A DNA stretch of 64,000 nucleotides from Octopus vulgaris (GCA_951406725.2 OX597836.1:27900001-27964000); one strand, 5' to 3'. Positions 13,468 to 27,063 are shown, numbered from the stretch's first letter. The notes: generated by a model from the letters alone, not told the origin. Translations and numbers: made by a program.

Positions 13468-13855
13468 GTCATTCAGTAGTTTTATTTTTATCACGTACTT
13501 TCACTGCACTGCCGAGCGCAACTCCGTGTGCCTTGAATATGTGCTGTGATTCGTTGTGGCGCTCTTAATTTCACTGCATTAAAAGTGTTTTGCGTAGGAT
13601 GAGTGCAGTGCCCAGTAGTGCAATTTTCTGTATGTTATATATATTTGTAGGTCCTGGTGTTTTTGTTTCTATTTTGTCTGAATATTCTTTTATCATACCC
13701 TAATGCGCCTACTATGATAGAAATTGTTTCTGTTTTTAGACTCCACACTCGAGTTACCTCCATTTCCAGGTCTTTGTATTATGAAAACTTCATTCTTTTA
13801 GAGAAACGTTGCCATTTGCTGGTATTGATCCACCCATTAGAAAGCATTTATTTTC
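13468..13855 (-). mobile_element. R4/Dong-like LINE 3' end
   Basis: The minus strand reads YKDLEMEVTRVWSLKTETISIIVGALG...IQKIALLGTALILRKTL, then a 3' UTR and (TAA)n. A shorter copy of the same 3' end lies at about 37165-37310. Confidence 0.8.
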
Positions 13856-13949
13856 GTCATGATCTCTGATAACTATATCTGGCCTATTGGCCTTAACTTC
13901 TCTGCCTGTATTGGCATATCCCATATTATTATCATTACCATTATCACTA

Positions 13950-14071
<122 letters not shown>

Positions 14072-14087
14072 ATTATTTTTATTATTA

Positions 14088-14298
14088 TGCTAGTTGTTAT
14101 ATGTGCCCTAGTTACAGTTACCAAAAGACTTAACAGTTACCTTATTGAAATCAGCGTAACTACCTGAGCTGCATTCAGAAATCTGCTTCTTTTTTGGAAC
14201 AGCAAGGATTGTAAGAAAGCACCTCGATATCCAAGGAAACTGGTTGTGATCCGATATCCAGGGCTTGTTTCTCAATTATTAATCTGTGCACACCACTC

Positions 14299-14300
<2 letters not shown>
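14088..14300 (+). mobile_element. R4/Dong-like LINE, extreme 3' fragment
   Basis: LVVICALVTVTKRL...IQKSA..GTARIVRKHL, flanked by (ATT)n and (TAA)n arrays. Confidence 0.65.
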
Positions 14301-14368
<68 letters not shown>

Positions 14369-14595
14369 CAATCCTTTCTATTAGGCACAAGGCTTGAAAT
14401 TCGGGGGAAGGGGACTAGTCGATTACATCGACCCCAGTGTGTCACTGGTACTTAATTTATCGATCCAGAAAGGATGAAAGACAAAGTCGACCTCGGCGGA
14501 ATTTGAAATCAGAAAGTAGCGACAGACGAAATACCGCTAAGCATTTCGTCCAGCGTGCTAACGATTCTGCCAGCTCACTGCCTTAATAATGGTGG

Positions 14596-14629
<34 letters not shown>

Positions 14630-14631
14630 AA

Positions 14632-15099
14632 CTGATTGGAAGTGCTATCATGTACATTGTTTTGTCTTGGCATAAAAGATAGGCTACAGCAAATATTCTG
14701 CTCAATACCACAGATTATTTTGTCAGTTGTTTGACCTTAACCAGTTGACCATGTCTCTTAGTGGCTGACGATATGTGCATCTCTGATCACGAGCAGAAAT
14801 AGTGAGGGAGCATCATAGCTATGTGTTGAAAGGAATTCTTAGACATTTGGATAATTCACCTTTGGAAACATGGGTGGTTCGTTCAACATCCTTAAACAAT
14901 CCTTATTCAGGAACCTTTTGAGCGGGATGGGCTACTCGACCAGAAGAAAATTGTAACTTGGCCCCACCTGCAAGGTCATGATATGAGATCACCATGTCGC
15001 GCACATATGGTTGTGATGCATGTGCCTGGTGTACCTTTATCTGACGGGTAGTCATGATGGGTATACTGGACTTCGTATATTTTACTCTAGTGTCACTTT
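14632..15099 (+). mobile_element. Non-coding interspersed repeat embedded in (TGA)n/(TAA)n; a second partial copy lies at about 15365-15600
   Basis: 14632-14818 and 15414-15600 are near-identical (CTGATTGGAAGTG.TATCATGTACATTG...). Both sit in TAA-type arrays. The family is unassigned; it may be a non-autonomous partner of the Dong-like LINEs. Confidence 0.65.
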
Positions 15100-15100
15100 C

Positions 15101-15162
<62 letters not shown>

Positions 15163-15207
15163 TTAATGATAATAATGATGATGATGATGATGATGATGAT
15201 GATAATG

Positions 15208-15346
<139 letters not shown>

Positions 15347-15599
15347 TAATAATAATAATAATATATGCCCTGATGCAATACGAAGCACTGACTCTCATGG
15401 TTTCTGATCTTAGCTGATTGGAAGTGTTATCATGTACATTGTTTTGTCTTGGTATAAAAGATGGGCTACAGCAAATATTCTGCTCAATACCACAGAGATG
15501 TTTGTCAGTTGCTTGATCTTAACCTGTTGATCATGTCCCTTAGTGGCTGACGATATGTGCATCCCTGATCGCGAGCAGAAGTAGTGTGAGAAAATCATA

Positions 15600-16945
15600 G
15601 AATTAGCTCCGTTCCCTTTTGTTTTCTGCATAATACTACTGACCCCAGTAATTAGGAAAATGAGTCTGGGATACCAATAAAATGATAATCCCCAAAAATC
15701 AACCACCTCTTCTTCAAGGATGGTTTGAAACTATATGGCAAAAATGAGACACAAGTGAGTTCCTAGATGAACACGGACCACTGTTTTAGTACTGATATTA
15801 GAATGGAATTCAGACTCAAGAAGTGCGGAATTATCTGCCTACAAACAGGCAAGGTACAGTCCCTAGCAGGGACAGAATTACCGAATAGAGACTTGATTAA
15901 ACAAATTGAAACTGAAAGCTACAAATACCTTGGTGTACTAGAGTTCAAAGAGATAATGGAGAAGGAAATGAAAGCGCAACTGAGGATGGAATATTTCCGA
16001 AGACTAAGGTTGGTGTTGCACTCAAAATTGACCGGATGGAATAAAATTGAAGCAGTTAATACGTGAGCGATAGCATCACTTCTGTATGGAGCTGGAATTA
16101 TAAAATGGCAAGAAAGAAGTGAGGCGAATGGATACAAAGACAAGGAAAATGTTGACAGTACACGATGCCTCCACCCTAAGAATGACACCAATAGATTTTA
16201 TTTGTCCAGAAGAAAGGGTGGGAGAGGTTTGATCAATTGCCAGGATTGTATTGAGCGGAGGAAAACAGCTTAGGGTGGTATATGAAAAATGCTGTGGAGC
16301 CATTGCTGAAACATACGAAGAAAGCCGGCGCCATCAAAACTGGGAATTGTGTAATGAAAAAGAAATTTAAAGAAGAAATGAACACAAAATGAGAAACAAC
16401 ATGGAAAGAGTAAAAAATGTACAGTGAGTTTGCAAGAGATGCGAACGCCAAGACAAATACAGAGGACCGGTAGCTATGAAAGAGGAGTGACCGGAAGATA
16501 GACAGAAGCACTCATATGCGCAGCTCAAGAACAAGCGTTAAGAACCAACTATATGAAGGGCAGAATAGACAACACTACCGACAACGACAAATGCAGAGCG
16601 TGTGGTGAGAGGGGCGAAATAGTATGGCATATCTTTAGCGAGTGCTTTAAATTGGCACAACGCGAATACAAAAGACGCCATGACAATGCGGCAAAAATGA
16701 TCCATTGGGAATTCTGTGGAAATCACAGCCTACAAAGAGCAAGGACGTGGTATTAGCAAACCACAGAAGGAGTCACCGGGAATGAGAATTGCAAAACCCT
16801 GTGGGGATGCAATGATTCAATTTCGATCACCTGATCAGACATCGGAAAGCGGGCATTGTCGTGGTGAATAAAAAAGAAAGCTCATGCACGATGATCGACA
16901 CAGCATGCCCTGGTGACAACTGGATCAATAGGGAAGACGAAAACA
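15600..16945 (+). mobile_element. R4/Dong-clade-like (RLE-type) non-LTR retrotransposon, degenerate fragment 1
   Basis: Decayed RT motifs (LAPFPFVFCI; INHLFFKDGLKLY, cf. FMDDLKLY; SYKYLGV), a CCHC knuckle CRACGERGEIVWHIFSEC..RRHD and a partial RLE domain, with many stops. Confidence 0.85.
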
Positions 16946-17947
16946 TAAACAAGAGCAGAAGAAAGCAACATAGTACGGTATGTAAAAAATGCCACAACAC
17001 CGCTATTATTTGAAGTAAGAAGGTCAGGCTTGTGTAGGATGGAAGATTGCAAAGATAAAGCACTGTACAAGCACTTGATAATGAATGAAACTGAAAATAG
17101 GTGGGTAAAGAAAAGAATGCATGGACAATTTCATGGGGATGTTGATGATAAGACAGACAGAAGGAAAAGATTGCTATGGATGACTGAAAGTGATTTAAAA
17201 CTGGAAATGGAGGCTCTAATCTGTGCTGCCCAAGAGCAAGCATTAAGAACCAATTACGTCAAATACAGAATAGACAACACATCAGAAAGTGATAAATGCA
17301 GAATTTGTGGACAAAATGGTTAAACCGTATGGCATTTTACCATACGGTTTTAATGTACGCCACTAGCCCACAAAGAATACAAGAGACGTCATAACAATAT
17401 AGCAGGGATTGTCCAATGAACACTCTGTAAAGTATGGACTTGACAGACCAAAAAAATGGTACGAACGTGAATCTGAAGTCATCATCGGAAATGATAATGC
17501 AAAGATCCTACGGGATATTATGATTCAGTGCGACAATGAGATAGAGAATAGGAAACCAGACATAGTGTTAATTAAGGAAGAATGGAAACGATGCTGGATC
17601 ATAGGTATAGTATGCCTAGCTGATAACAAGGTATGCGATAAGGAAGAAATAAAAGTAGATGGATATAACAGGTTAGATTGGGAGGTTAAGCAGTTGTGGT
17701 CGCTGCAGAAGGTGGTAGTAGTACCAACAATTATCGGAGCCCTGGGAACAGTGAGCAAAAATATTAAGAAGTACGTGGAACAAATAGGTGCTGCAATAAG
17801 GGTGGAGCACTTGCAGAAAACAGCACTGCTTGGAACCACTCGAATACTCCGATGGTGCTCGAAAAATAAGGGGTGTTACCTTAGTTCACTGGTAGTGAAC
17901 AGCTGACAACGTAGTACATCTCCAGTGTTAGAAGCTGTGCAAAGGCA
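16946..17947 (+). mobile_element. R4/Dong-clade-like LINE, 3' fragment 2, ending in (TAA)n
   Basis: EALICAAQEQALRTN..KCRICG, then RKPDIVLI..IIGIVC..D and VPTIIGALGTV..LQKTALLGTTRILR (RLE C-terminus), followed by a 3' UTR and a (TAA)n array. Confidence 0.85.
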
Positions 17948-17950
17948 ATG

Positions 17951-18028
<78 letters not shown>

Positions 18029-18043
18029 GTAATAATAATAATG

Positions 18044-18130
<87 letters not shown>

Positions 18131-18145
18131 GTAATAATAATAATG

Positions 18146-18199
<54 letters not shown>

Positions 18200-18374
18200 T
18201 AGCCAAACAACCCAGCCTCGATAAGAGCCAAGGATCCTGCTGTAGACCAAACCCTTACCTATCCCTGGGGCAAGCATGCGCTACTTTCATGTAGAAAATG
18301 GGTATATGACTACTGCTTAGGATCAGTGTTTCCGATTAGGAATTTCCAGAAGAACGTATCATCTCAAAGCAACA

Positions 18375-18525
18375 ACATACGCTATTGCTATTGAAACGTT
18401 TGGAATGGTATCAAAGAGGAGCAAACAAACGTGTATACCAAATTCCTGGCAGTCCCAAATAAAGGGAATTGCAAAAGCTCATACATATAGGTACGACAAA
18501 TATTTTACGTAAATTTCTCTCTGTT
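18375..18525 (+). mobile_element. R4/Dong-like LINE, decayed C-terminal fragment
   Basis: Reads QIPGSPK..ELQKLIHIGTTNILRKFLS, matching the RLE-LINE C-terminal motif. Confidence 0.55.
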
Positions 18526-19685
18526 GAAATACTGTTCTATTCATTCATGCAAGATGGAAACTATAGAAAACGAATGTTCCAGTAAGATGAACATTGTACA
18601 AATTATATGTGGAATGAAATGATTAAAATGATAAAAAAAAGTTAGTTCTAAATTTAGGGATTAAAGCATTAATGGATTTAAACAACTAAGATTTAAGATT
18701 TGGAATTTTAGATCGATAGCGATCATAATTGATGTAGTATTAGAACGTATTGAACTTACAATAAAAATATTGAAATTTAAATTTTACAATGAAAGAATTT
18801 CCAAAAATTTAAACCAAATAATTGAGGGCCATTAAGATTATTACTTAATAATTACAAGTTTCGGAAGAAGTTGAAAGAAATAAGAGTTAATTCGCAAAGA
18901 CGAACGATGGATATAATCACCGCACCAAAAAGTCCTCTTGCTAGGTTACTTGAATTTTATCGAAAGACCTGTGGACTAATTGATAATTTATAATTTTGGT
19001 TTATTAGATTATTTTTTATTCCTCGGGAACTCTAATGCTTCTTATGAACATAGATTGCACTTACCTCCACAACCCTTGTATGGAAAATATATTTCGGACC
19101 AATATATTTCGTAGTCTGATTTTTCGCTTTGAAATTTCATACCAATTCGGCCAATGCGACAGTAGTCTGCTTATGGAGGATCTTAAATGAATGTACATGG
19201 ACCTGGTTATATTATCTATATTTAGATTACAAGACTGCAGCCCCTATATAAGGAAAGGTTGCACTATGTAAGGAAACAGATTTTTTATAAATTATATTTA
19301 TCTGCAGGCATTGGTTGTTTAATGGATATTTGCAAGAAATTCTATATTTATACAAATTAAGAGTTTCCGTTAGAAAGACTATTATCTGTAGCTAATCTTC
19401 TCCAAGCAGTTCCTTTAGAGAAGCACATGGTAAGCTCACTCCAATTATTGTCTATTGGTTGCACTACAAACTATCCCGTCAAATGACGGGGCCTGTGGAG
19501 TTCATAGCTTATTATTCATAGCAAATATGTTGTCAGTTAAATTCGGAGTGGCAAGGTATGTTTTGACAGTGTTGCTATAGAATATTTATTGGTATCTATG
19601 AGGACAGGGAAAATTTTTATCTATTGTTACAATATCCCGAATATCCAAAGCTAGATGCAGTCCGAAGTGGTAAATCACTGTGTGT

Positions 19686-19990
19686 GTGTGGTTAGAGCGT
19701 CGGACTCACAATTCTGAGGTAGTAGGTTCGATTCCCAGACCAGGCTGTATGTTGTGTACTTGAGCAAGACACTTTATTTCACGTTGCTCCGGTTCACTCA
19801 ACTGTAGAAATGAGTTGCAACGTCACTGGTGCCAAGCTGTATCGGCCCCTTTGCCTTTCCCTTGGGTAACATCAGTGGCATGGAGAGGGGAGGCTGGTAG
19901 CACGGCTGACCGCAGATCTTCCATAAACAACCATGCCCGGACTTGTGCCTCGGAGAGGAACTTTCTAGGTGCAATCCCATGGTCATTATG
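19686..19990 (+). mobile_element. tRNA-derived SINE family D (CORE-like TTGAGCAAGACACTT)
   Basis: Head GGTTAGAGCGTCGGACT...GGTTCGATTCCC. Related heads: 27410-27658 (-), 40325-40571 (-), 53140-53380 (+), 56597-56712 (+). Confidence 0.78.
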
Positions 19991-20365
19991 TATAGTTATA
20001 AAACGTTATCTACCGTTTCGGGATACGACCTGTAAATCCGCTCCCGAGGAAATTCCTGTAAATTTCAATAATTTTAAACACGAGATCATGGTACATATGT
20101 AATATAAAGATATATTAGAAATGATAATATAAATTTCCTTCAAGGAACAACGCAATGCATAAAAAGGATTTAGAATTATAGTTTTTATTAGAGATGGCAA
20201 AAAACTTTTAATCTTTTCAGTCGCAGTTTAAACAAACGATTTATTGTAACAAGTGCAGTGTGATATCTCTAATAAACACTGTATCATATATATATTACAT
20301 ATATACATATATATATACATATACATATATTATACATAAATATATACATACATATACATATACAT

Positions 20366-20439
<74 letters not shown>

Positions 20440-20816
20440 CGGAGATGTACTCGCATAGCAAGTAATTTGATCTGAGATCGTGTGCTGAAACGAAAACAAT
20501 TGCAGCGTGGAAGGTGTTTATAAGCCATTTAAGAAACACACAAAAGCCGTTCGATTCACTTCAACATTTAAGTTTAATTTGTCAAAATATTTTCGTCGCT
20601 AAAATCCGCGACCTGTTCACTGACAAAGTCCGTGCTGCATCACAGTTCGAGTCAGACTCTTTGGTACTCTGAGTACCAAGGAGCAAGGAGTCTGAATCAA
20701 TCTGTTTAGATCTATACATATAACTCCCAATAAATACGCTGAGTGCCCTCCTTTCATTTGTCTACTCATTCGTATATACGTATGTATATATATATATCTA
20801 TATATATATAAGTATA

Positions 20817-20876
<60 letters not shown>

Positions 20877-21400
20877 TCGTAAATCCTCGAGTATAAACCG
20901 CATTTTTTTCCCAAAATTTTAAAGGTCAAAGTCCCTAGTGCGTATTATATATACGAGGTTAAAGATGAAAAATATTTTCTAGGCAATGTCCGAGTCTCTA
21001 TTTGCTGCCCGGCAATGTTTATTCTGACACATTTTGTGATGTCAGGTGCAAAAATACCTTAAGCTAAGCCTGAAAGCAATGAAGTCATAAAAGAATCATC
21101 ATAACTTGCAATAAGCAACATCTATTAAAATAAAAGTATTCAGAACACAGAATAACATGTAACAAAAGCAATTTGCAAACATATTTACACTCCCATATAA
21201 CAGTTAAGAACATCACCATTATTGTATTACGCATGCGCGGAAGTGTTTGTTCGACTAGGTGCTGCTGGCTTAATTACGCACGACTCAAGTTAGAGAAGGA
21301 GTGCGTATTATACACAAGATTTAGGTTTTTCAGAGGTACAGCCTCCTAAAAATCCCCTGCGTATTATACTTAAGGGCGGACTATACTCGAAGATTTACGG
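20877..21400. mobile_element. Tc1/mariner-superfamily (Tc2/pogo-like) MITE in (TA)n
   Basis: TIRs CGTAAATCCTCGAGTATAAACCGC and GCGGACTATACTCGAAGATTTACGG, TA flanks and subterminal GCGTATTATA repeats. A related single end lies at 62615-62680. Confidence 0.8.
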
Positions 21401-21488
21401 TATATATATATACTGTTTCCTGTTCCGTTATTGGTAGAATCAATAAAAAAAAGTACTCGAATCATCGAATCAGTGAGAAATAAATATC

Positions 21489-21546
<58 letters not shown>

Positions 21547-22260
21547 ATGTGTGTGTATAAATGTACACAACCAGACACGAATATTCGAGGTACTTCATTA
21601 CAGTTTCCACTTACCAAACTTCATTTGCAAGTTGTTGATCTATTTGAGTCTCTGAGAGCAGACTCTTGACCTAGGTACCGCGCTGTGCAATCGAACCCAG
21701 ATCTACGTACTTGCAAAATGTATCCCTTGATCAAACAACCACTTCTGTGCTTAGAACATTATACTTCCACCGAAATACGGTCTTACTGTTCCTACGCACG
21801 TTCTTTCGAAAGGTCGTGTCAAGAACCACACTTTCCATAGAAATATATCAGTCACAAGCTATCTTCTGCCGAATCCAAACCTCAATGACTTCCAATAAGC
21901 TGTTGTAATTCGGCAGTATTAGGGTCCTATTCTTCTAAAAATAAAATAAAAGTATTCTACATATAAATCTATCTGGTGCCTATTTCCATCTAGCTAAGGG
22001 AATGGAGATACTTCGAGTACAGCAAGCTGTTCTGAAACAAAACGAAAAGCGTTCTGTATATTTTGAACATAAGACACATCATCTAACGCATTACTTTAGT
22101 TTCGCCTTCATAATCAAAACAACACACACGAAAATAATTTCAAAAATAGTCTATATTTATTCATTTGTTTTGTTTTCGCTAAAGTGTTTGTTGCTCTTCT
22201 TGGCTTTCTCATTTTTTTTCACCTGATTCTAGTTTTGATTTCATGCTGTATATATTTTAT

Positions 22261-23187
22261 TTAAGTCCAAGTCAGAGTTTTATTTATTAACTGGAAAAAC
22301 ATATCGTTATATGGTTTAAAGTATTTAGCCATTTGTTTTGCTATTACCTTGCTTGTGCTTACGTTTCGGTGACCCTTATTTGGTGGCAAACATTTCGATT
22401 CAGAGTCTATTAACAAACAGTAGAATCCCCTGGTGTTATTATATATAAAGTTGTCCTTGGAAATCACCCTCTTTAGACCGAGAAAATCTTGAACTTTGAG
22501 CACCTCTTCTGATGGGTCTACAATCAGTTTGCTACCGTCTGCCACGTGGATCTGGTTTAAGGGGAAATGTTGCAACCAGCGAATGACAAATCGAGAGTAA
22601 ATTGATCTCATAATCGGGTAATATGACGTCTTGAGTTTGTCGGTTTTATCATCGTAAACAAGCTCTTCAAAGGTGTGTTTTGCCTCCTTTATGTTGTGGT
22701 AGTATCGTCGGTGGATGTATTCCGATATAGAACGATCCACGGGATTTTTAACAATCAAAATCAACTTGATAGTTTTGTTCATTTTTTTTATCCGAACCGG
22801 TGCTTTGTCACTGTAGAAATATTCCGGTGATTTTTCTATAGTGATTTGATCAGGACAAGACAGAGGCATTTTCTCCAAGTAGTAATTCATCCCTTTCTGG
22901 AAGTTATCCTCTCTGTGGAAAAATTTCGGTTCTCCCTCGGCAACGACAACAGATGGATGTACCCCAATAAACTCAAGTAATGCTTTCGTACCCGACTTCG
23001 GTGTACCTATAATAATACAGCTGGGTAGCCGTCGCTTCGCATCACAGTTCATGATTTTCTGGTTCATGTAGGTCGGAGTCATTTTGACCTTCGAAATCGC
23101 TAGAGTATAATAGGATAATATAACCAACAGGTTACAAAATACGATGGCTATCGGCCAAATATAGATGCTTCCATATCGAAATTTCAT
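22261..23187 (-). CDS. HS3ST-like sulfotransferase, paralog B, 308 aa from the ATG at 23187
   Basis: Same motifs as paralog A, with about 43 differences over the ~274-aa lumenal part (~84% identity, counted by eye). The ORF track starts at a TTG (23199); the ATG at 23187 aligns with the second Met of paralog A. Confidence 0.93.
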   Translation of the reverse strand: MKFRYGSIYIWPIAIVFCNLLVILSYYTLAISKVKMTPTYMNQKIMNCDAKRRLPSCIIIGTPKSGTKALLEFIGVHPSVVVAEGEPKFFHREDNFQKGMNYYLEKMPLSCPDQITIEKSPEYFYSDKAPVRIKKMNKTIKLILIVKNPVDRSISEYIHRRYYHNIKEAKHTFEELVYDDKTDKLKTSYYPIMRSIYSRFVIRWLQHFPLNQIHVADGSKLIVDPSEEVLKVQDFLGLKRVISKDNFIYNNTRGFYCLLIDSESKCLPPNKGHRNVSTSKVIAKQMAKYFKPYNDMFFQLINKTLTWT

Positions 23188-23229
23188 GATACTCCACAAA
23201 CGTGAAAGCAGGTAGCTAATGTAGATTTT

Positions 23230-23262
23230 CTGAAATTAGACAGAAATAGAGATAAAAACACA
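23230..23262 (-). promoter_or_regulatory. Splice acceptor of a 5'-UTR intron of paralog B
   Basis: Minus strand TGTCTAATTTCAG|AAA with an upstream pyrimidine tract, conserved with paralog A. Confidence 0.75.
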
Positions 23263-23404
23263 ACACCTAATAAAATAATTTAAGCAACGTACAATGCGAA
23301 AACATGCACATGCACACGCGCATACGCATACGTACATGCACGCGCATACTCACACACATGAATGGGCTTGTATATACATAATATATATCTTTATATATAT
23401 ATAC

Positions 23405-23476
<72 letters not shown>

Positions 23477-24889
23477 ATGTATGTATGTATATATATAGTC
23501 CTTCATATGTAGTGTTGAGTTTACATAATCATTAGAATCTGATCATCGAATTCATCGATTTTACACGTCTCTTCAGGCGCCAAAGACATTAACTTTCACA
23601 CTGTGGAAGTGTAGCAAAAATGTATGCAACTCGGAGTACGAAGTCTAGTAGGGAACAGCAATGCTTGTTGCTTAAGGAAAGAAACTCGTTTGCTGTATCG
23701 GTTATAATAGTCTTGTTACACGGTGGATTAAACCAGATAATGTTTACCTCATATATTAGTCTTTTACTTTGTTAAATGTTTCAGTCATTTGACTGAGACT
23801 TTCAGTACTTTTACTCTCATGATCAACTTCGTTTTTGTTCTTTTGTATTTCTAACAACCCTCATCAGTAAGGGATGGCTCAATTATCAACACTTATATAT
23901 GTATATATACATATATTATCAACACATACCAGTGAAACCAACAGCCACGTAGCCAACTCTTTATAAACAGCTGTGACCCATGGATGATATAAAAATTTGA
24001 ATATTTTTTTATTTAGTATCTAATTTCCTATCACGAAATTTTGCAAGTTAATCCAATTCGAAATCTAAATGAAATTTCATTAGGTTTAAATTGAATAATT
24101 AGATAAATGCCGATGGATGAAGATAAACGCATAACAAATATACGTATACAAATAACATTTTATCAACAGATTAAATCTTCCGCGTAACTGAAAACTCATC
24201 GACATTCAAATATGGTGGACATTTATCAGTTTTAAGTCGGCAGTTATTTTTATATATTTTTATAATCTAGACGAAATTTGCTGAATTTAAAATGATTGAA
24301 TAAAAGGTGATGTATTTAGATAAATTGATCTATTTAGATAAGTTTGCTTTTTACTTTTGTTTTCGTTCTTTTTTCTTTCTTTCTCGAAAGGAAGCAAGAT
24401 TAATTTTGATCCAGACGATATCTTGCAGATGGACGAAGCCATGTTGTTTGCGAGATATTATAGAGGGGAAAACACGGGTTAAAAGAGTTTATAGGGAATG
24501 TAATGCAATAAGAGCTCGTTAATTCAATATTTGGTTGAAACGTGACGCATATGTGGGTGTTGCGTGTTTGTGTGTGTAAGCATGTATGTATCTATGCGTA
24601 AACATACACACATATAGGGTAAGAGAGAGAAAAGAGCGAGTAGTTGTGAGTATACTAATAGGTCTAACACAGAGGACCAGATACTGTGGAGTATACATAC
24701 ATAGAATATAGAGTACATACTTATACAGGTAGAAAAATGCATAGAAATATATACTCTTTACTCTTTACTCTTTTACTTGCTTCAGTCATGTGACTGTGGC
24801 CATGCTGGAGCACCGCCTTTAGTCCCGCATGTATATGAATATATACATATATATGAACATATATATATATATATGTATATATATATACC

Positions 24890-24940
<51 letters not shown>

Positions 24941-25482
24941 GTAATGAAAGAAAGAAATTGGAGAATTATGGATGTATAATTCATTTATTTATATAAGAGA
25001 TTGAAAGTTTTTTATAAAAAACAATACAAATAAATGATAAATTATAAAGCTCAAAAAAATAAATTAAGCTTTATAATTTATTTCTATTGTTATATATAAA
25101 AAAAACTTTCACCTACATATGATGCAAATTAATTAATTATACAGCCATTAATCTCTATTTTCTTTCTTTCATTATTAACAATAAATATTACCATAACAAT
25201 CCCTAATATATCGTCGAGACCTTCTTATATGAGAGTGATTAGCCAGTGAAATTTTGGGATTATTTCATCCCTAATGAGGGCTTGACATCCTCGAATTCAC
25301 TGCGTGTGTGTGTGTGTGTTTATACTTGTGTGTGTGTTTTTGTATGTGTGTGTGTGTATGTATATATACACATGTAAATAAACATACACACTCACAAGTA
25401 AGAACATAAATGCAAAACAAGGTGGAAACGTGAAACCCCGAGTAAGCGTTTTATGGTCATTTTGCAGCTTTAACAAAAGTAC

Positions 25483-25554
<72 letters not shown>

Positions 25555-25564
25555 TGTATGTATG

Positions 25565-25668
<104 letters not shown>

Positions 25669-25697
25669 TATAGATATAGATATATATAGATATATAT

Positions 25698-25808
25698 TCA
25701 TCATCATCATTGTTCGACCGTGGTCGAGACAATGGAATTTACCATGTTGCGCCAGACTTCACGGTCCATCATAGCATTACGGAGGTCCTGTTGCTGGATG
25801 CCTGTCAG
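25698..25808 (-). mobile_element. RTE-like LINE, extreme 3' end
   Basis: The minus strand encodes [31 protein letters not shown] followed by (TGA)n. Confidence 0.65.
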
Positions 25809-26016
25809 TGTCTGTCAAGTACTCAGCTGGGTGTCTGGAACTTCTTCTTGGTTTTATTTCAAAGCCCTTGCCAGAGATGGTATCAACTGACATACATACA
25901 TACATACACACACACATACATACATACACACACACATACATACATACACACACACATACATACATACATACATACATACATACATACATACGTACATACA
26001 TACATACATACATACA

Positions 26017-26097
<81 letters not shown>

Positions 26098-26167
26098 ATA
26101 ACACGGTAAGATAACAAAAGAAAGAAAGAGACCTCAATATTATGTAAATAGAGGAAATTTATCTATT

Positions 26168-26478
26168 CAATATGTTACATTACTCGGTAGTCAAGATAAA
26201 ACTCTGAGTTTCACATGCCGAAGTGGAAATCCACAACACCATCTCTTCGGTTATCTGGCTATTTTTTACGTATTTTTATATAATTTTTATGACGAAAAAT
26301 GCGAGCGATGTATAAGTACGCAGGCAAGCAGAGTTATAATAGAGTAATTTCCCTTTATTTAACGGTATTTTTTCATAACGTTTTCAAATAGCCAGATAAC
26401 CGAAGAGATGGTGTTGTGGATTTCCACTTCGGCATCTGAAACTCAGAGTTTTATCTTGACTACCGAGTAATGTAACAT

Positions 26479-26482
<4 letters not shown>
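26168..26482. repeat. Long inverted repeat, 97-bp arms, 121-bp spacer
   Basis: 26168-26264 is the reverse complement of 26386-26482 with one mismatch. Confidence 0.92.
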
Positions 26483-26536
<54 letters not shown>

Positions 26537-26604
26537 TATAATAAGAAAAAAGGAAAACTTTTGCTGCAACACACCTAATTAGTGATCTACATAAGCAAAA
26601 TATT

Positions 26605-26966
26605 ACATAAATCAAAGTGGGAGACAGATTTTTCGTGGGTCAAGTTCCCTTATCGTGGGAATACAAAATACATAAAAGTTCATCGAAATATTAGGTTTCA
26701 AGCGCTCCTGTATTACAATCCAAAGAAAAACAGTAGTACAAAATCTTACGATCGTTTCGGAGAATGCGTTTGTATTGGGCGAATTCTCCGAAACGATCGT
26801 AATGGTTTTGTACTATTGCTTTTCTCTGGATTGTAATACAGGAGCGCTTGAAACCTAATATTTCGATGAATTTTTTTTTTTTTTAGGTATTTTGTATTCA
26901 CACGATAAGGGAACTTGACCCACGAAAATCTGTCCCCCACCCCACCACCACCACTTTGATTTATGT
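26605..26966. repeat. Long near-palindrome, ~165-185-bp arms, 11-bp spacer
   Basis: 26605-26768 vs 26780-26966; the ORF track shows the same peptide (FSWVKFPYR..HRNIRFQALLYYNP) on both strands. Confidence 0.92.
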
Positions 26967-27029
26967 CGACAGGAGATGTGTGTGTGTGTGTGTGTGTGTG
27001 TAACATGGTGATGATGATGAATGTGATGA

Positions 27030-27063
<34 letters not shown>

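Noticed and set aside
23188-23199. N-terminal extension MWSI of paralog B in the ORF track
   Set aside because: It starts at TTG; the conserved ATG is at 23187.
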